Origin: a virus
Taxonomy: Duplodnaviria > Caudoviricetes
Direction: 5' to 3' (one strand)
IMG/VR virus record: IMGVR_UViG_3300047375_000398
Span: 1-38,572 of that record
DNA: 38,572 bases
Position numbers and translations under genes: made by a program. Position 1 is the stretch's first letter, and each line of letters begins with the position of its first letter. Shown here piece by piece: positions 36,726 to 38,572 of this stretch. The notes under the pieces are model-generated. The model was not told the DNA's origin. It saw only the letters and a program-made list of their open reading frames with translations, and made no database searches.

Positions 36726-38570
36726 TTAATTTATTACCCATCCGTTAGCAGCATCTGTATATAATAGTTCAAAAGATTCTGTAGAAGCATCAAGAGTTAA
36801 ACTATTAGCTCTCATTATTTTTTCTGAACCATTAGTTGCTATAGACCAAATGTATGATGGTTGTACATACGCGCCAGAAGCATCTAAAGAAGACATATTA
36901 GTTAACTTTATGCTATCTCCTACAGTTCCTGCAGGAAGAGTTAAAGTTTTATCAGCTGTTATATTGCTTAATATATAATGATTATAATTTACAGCAGTTG
37001 TATCCGCTGTTAAAGCGCCTCCGTAAGTATGTCCTTGTTTTAAAGTTACAACACCATTAGCAGGTGCTGATATAACTAAGTTATCAAAATCTATTGATAC
37101 AACAGGTACATCAGTATTACCACCAAAGTCATATGTAGCACCATTAGCTGATCCAAGTACACTAAGAGGATTATGAGATATAGCTTTAGTAGCTGTATCG
37201 TAATATAAATAATTTGATTTAGCAGCTTGTGGTATACTGTTTAATTTAACAGTTTCTGAATCAATATTAAAAGTACTTGTTGATATATTTATAGTACCAA
37301 ATCCTTGTCTACCAAATGTAGCTACATATGTTGTAGTGTTATAAGCTACAACTAAATATATATTTACAGATTGATCTAATATTTGACCACCAGCAGATGG
37401 AAAAGCAGTTGTATATGTACTATCAACAAAATATAAATTTTGTCCTGTAGGTACAGCTGCAAATATAGATGCAAAGTCAGTTCTATTACCACTTGATAAA
37501 GTAAATGATGTAGCATTCTGAGCAATAGACTCGCCTGTGGTTAAAGATGTTGGTGATGTTACTGCTTGGAAAAGAGCTCCTGCAGCATTTTGTATACCGT
37601 AAAATAAACGGCCTGTAGTTATGTTTGTAGGTGGACCAGCTAAAGTTTCACTAAGTCCTGGTAAAGCTTCTGCTACACCTGCAGATAATGTTGGCAGTGA
37701 AAACCAGTTATTATCTACTTTTATAGATGTAAGAAAACCTTGATTTGTTAAACTACCTTGAGGTGCGTTACCTGATACTTGTTGTTCAGATAAAGCTACA
37801 CCTGAAGAATTTTGTAGTTCAACTCCTTGATTAGAAAGCACACCTCTAGTGCCATCAGTGTTAATAGCTGTAAATGTATTTTGACCCATAATAGTTCTAC
37901 CATCAGTAGAAATATTATTAGTATCTTTTATAATATCTTGTGTAAATCTAGTGCTGTTAGCAACAAGGTTAGATCCAGTTCCAGTTCCTGAAATAGTAAG
38001 ATCGTTACCATCTGTACTCATAAGTACATTGTTAGTGTCACCACCAAATTTTATACGACTTTCAGATGTGGGCAGTTTTATATCACCATACACTGTAAGG
38101 TTATGTGGATCTGTAGTAGGTGTTACTGTACCTATTGTTACATCACCATCTGGCACTTCAATGTTACGCGTTACTTTAAGTGTACCTACAGCTTGAGTTT
38201 CAATTTGTGTAGCACCTGTTAAAAAAGTAAATTCTGTAAATGCTACTTGACCGCCTGTATATGTTTGACCTGCATCTAATGTTACATTAAATGCCCAGTC
38301 TGTATATTTAGTTGAACCAGAGCCTACGTATTGAGTATCATTAGCCGCTGGACTAGCATTTGAAAAATTAGGTGCATTAAATGTAGTAACTGTACCTGTA
38401 TGTGCAACACCGCCTATCGTTCCTGACCATGTTGCTGCGTTAGCCGCAAAATCTGCTAAGTCATAATCAACAGCAAACTGGCCATTATTGTAATCCCTTA
38501 TAATTAAAAAAACTTGACCGGAGCCAAGTGTATTTAAATATATATCTGAACCTGTATTAACTGTAGCACT
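36726..38570 (-). CDS. Large tail fibre/structural protein, C-terminal part (true start beyond window end)
   Basis: The frame of the track ORF (GTG at 38156) stays open upstream to the window end (SATVNTGSDIYLNTLGSGQVFL...). Beta-rich, ending in a TLTLPAG...NGSEKI...GWVI module. Confidence 0.7.
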   Translation of the reverse strand, partial: SATVNTGSDIYLNTLGSGQVFLIIRDYNNGQFAVDYDLADFAANAATWSGTIGGVAHTGTVTTFNAPNFSNASPAANDTQYVGSGSTKYTDWAFNVTLDAGQTYTGGQVAFTEFTFLTGATQIETQAVGTLKVTRNIEVPDGDVTIGTVTPTTDPHNLTVYGDIKLPTSESRIKFGGDTNNVLMSTDGNDLTISGTGTGSNLVANSTRFTQDIIKDTNNISTDGRTIMGQNTFTAINTDGTRGVLSNQGVELQNSSGVALSEQQVSGNAPQGSLTNQGFLTSIKVDNNWFSLPTLSAGVAEALPGLSETLAGPPTNITTGRLFYGIQNAAGALFQAVTSPTSLTTGESIAQNATSFTLSSGNRTDFASIFAAVPTGQNLYFVDSTYTTAFPSAGGQILDQSVNIYLVVAYNTTTYVATFGRQGFGTINISTSTFNIDSETVKLNSIPQAAKSNYLYYDTATKAISHNPLSVLGSANGATYDFGGNTDVPVVSIDFDNLVISAPANGVVTLKQGHTYGGALTADTTAVNYNHYILSNITADKTLTLPAGTVGDSIKLTNMSSLDASGAYVQPSYIWSIATNGSEKIMRANSLTLDASTESFELLYTDAANGWVIN

Positions 38571-38572
38571 TT

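Noticed and set aside
38154-38156. GTG start of the 476-aa ORF given in the track
   Set aside because: The frame stays open to the window end, so the real start lies outside the window.
2665-38196. Other short plus-strand ORFs in the track (e.g. 10196-10480, 16784-17077, 17415-17642, 19819-20040, 31018-31317, 37951-38196)
   Set aside because: All are antisense to well-supported minus-strand genes and show no motifs. 19819-20040 is better explained by the 50-aa minus-strand membrane ORF.
1-38572. Stop-codon reassignment as in some crAss-like phages; tRNA, CRISPR array, integrase
   Set aside because: Genes tile the window under the standard code, with TAA, TAG and TGA all acting as stops. No cloverleaf, spaced repeat array or recombinase motif was recognised by eye.

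Overview
This is an AT-rich, gene-dense segment of a tailed dsDNA phage. Almost all real genes lie on the minus strand in one co-oriented morphogenesis/lysis block, many with overlapping stop/start codons. In transcription order (right to left): about 18 kb of tail fibre/adhesin and accessory genes (LamG, IPT/Ig, Gly-rich, cupredoxin-like and Cys-rich domains, plus a glutaredoxin-like gene), a lysis cassette (holin-like proteins, M15A peptidase), GroES-like protein, possible small terminase, large terminase, portal, scaffold, major capsid, head-tail/ring proteins, tail nozzle (stabilization) protein, GNAT-like protein and internal virion/ejection proteins. Gene order and SD-less, A-rich start contexts suggest a podovirus-like phage of Flavobacteriia/Bacteroidota (Cellulophaga phi38:1-like, distantly crAss-like); this is from recall, not a search. 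The strongest novel signal is apparent overprinting. A 235-codon +1-frame ORF encoding a predicted lipoprotein lies inside the terminase ATPase domain and coincides with a marked GC rise. A second +1-frame ORF (MPFKSEKQRRYLWANEPEIAKKW...) lies inside the scaffold gene. Also notable: a split nozzle gene, nested and permuted LamG domains, a copper-site-like insert in a fibre, and a glutaredoxin beside a Cys-rich fibre. No tRNA, CRISPR, integrase or reverse transcriptase was seen. All product calls come from motif recognition and synteny only.
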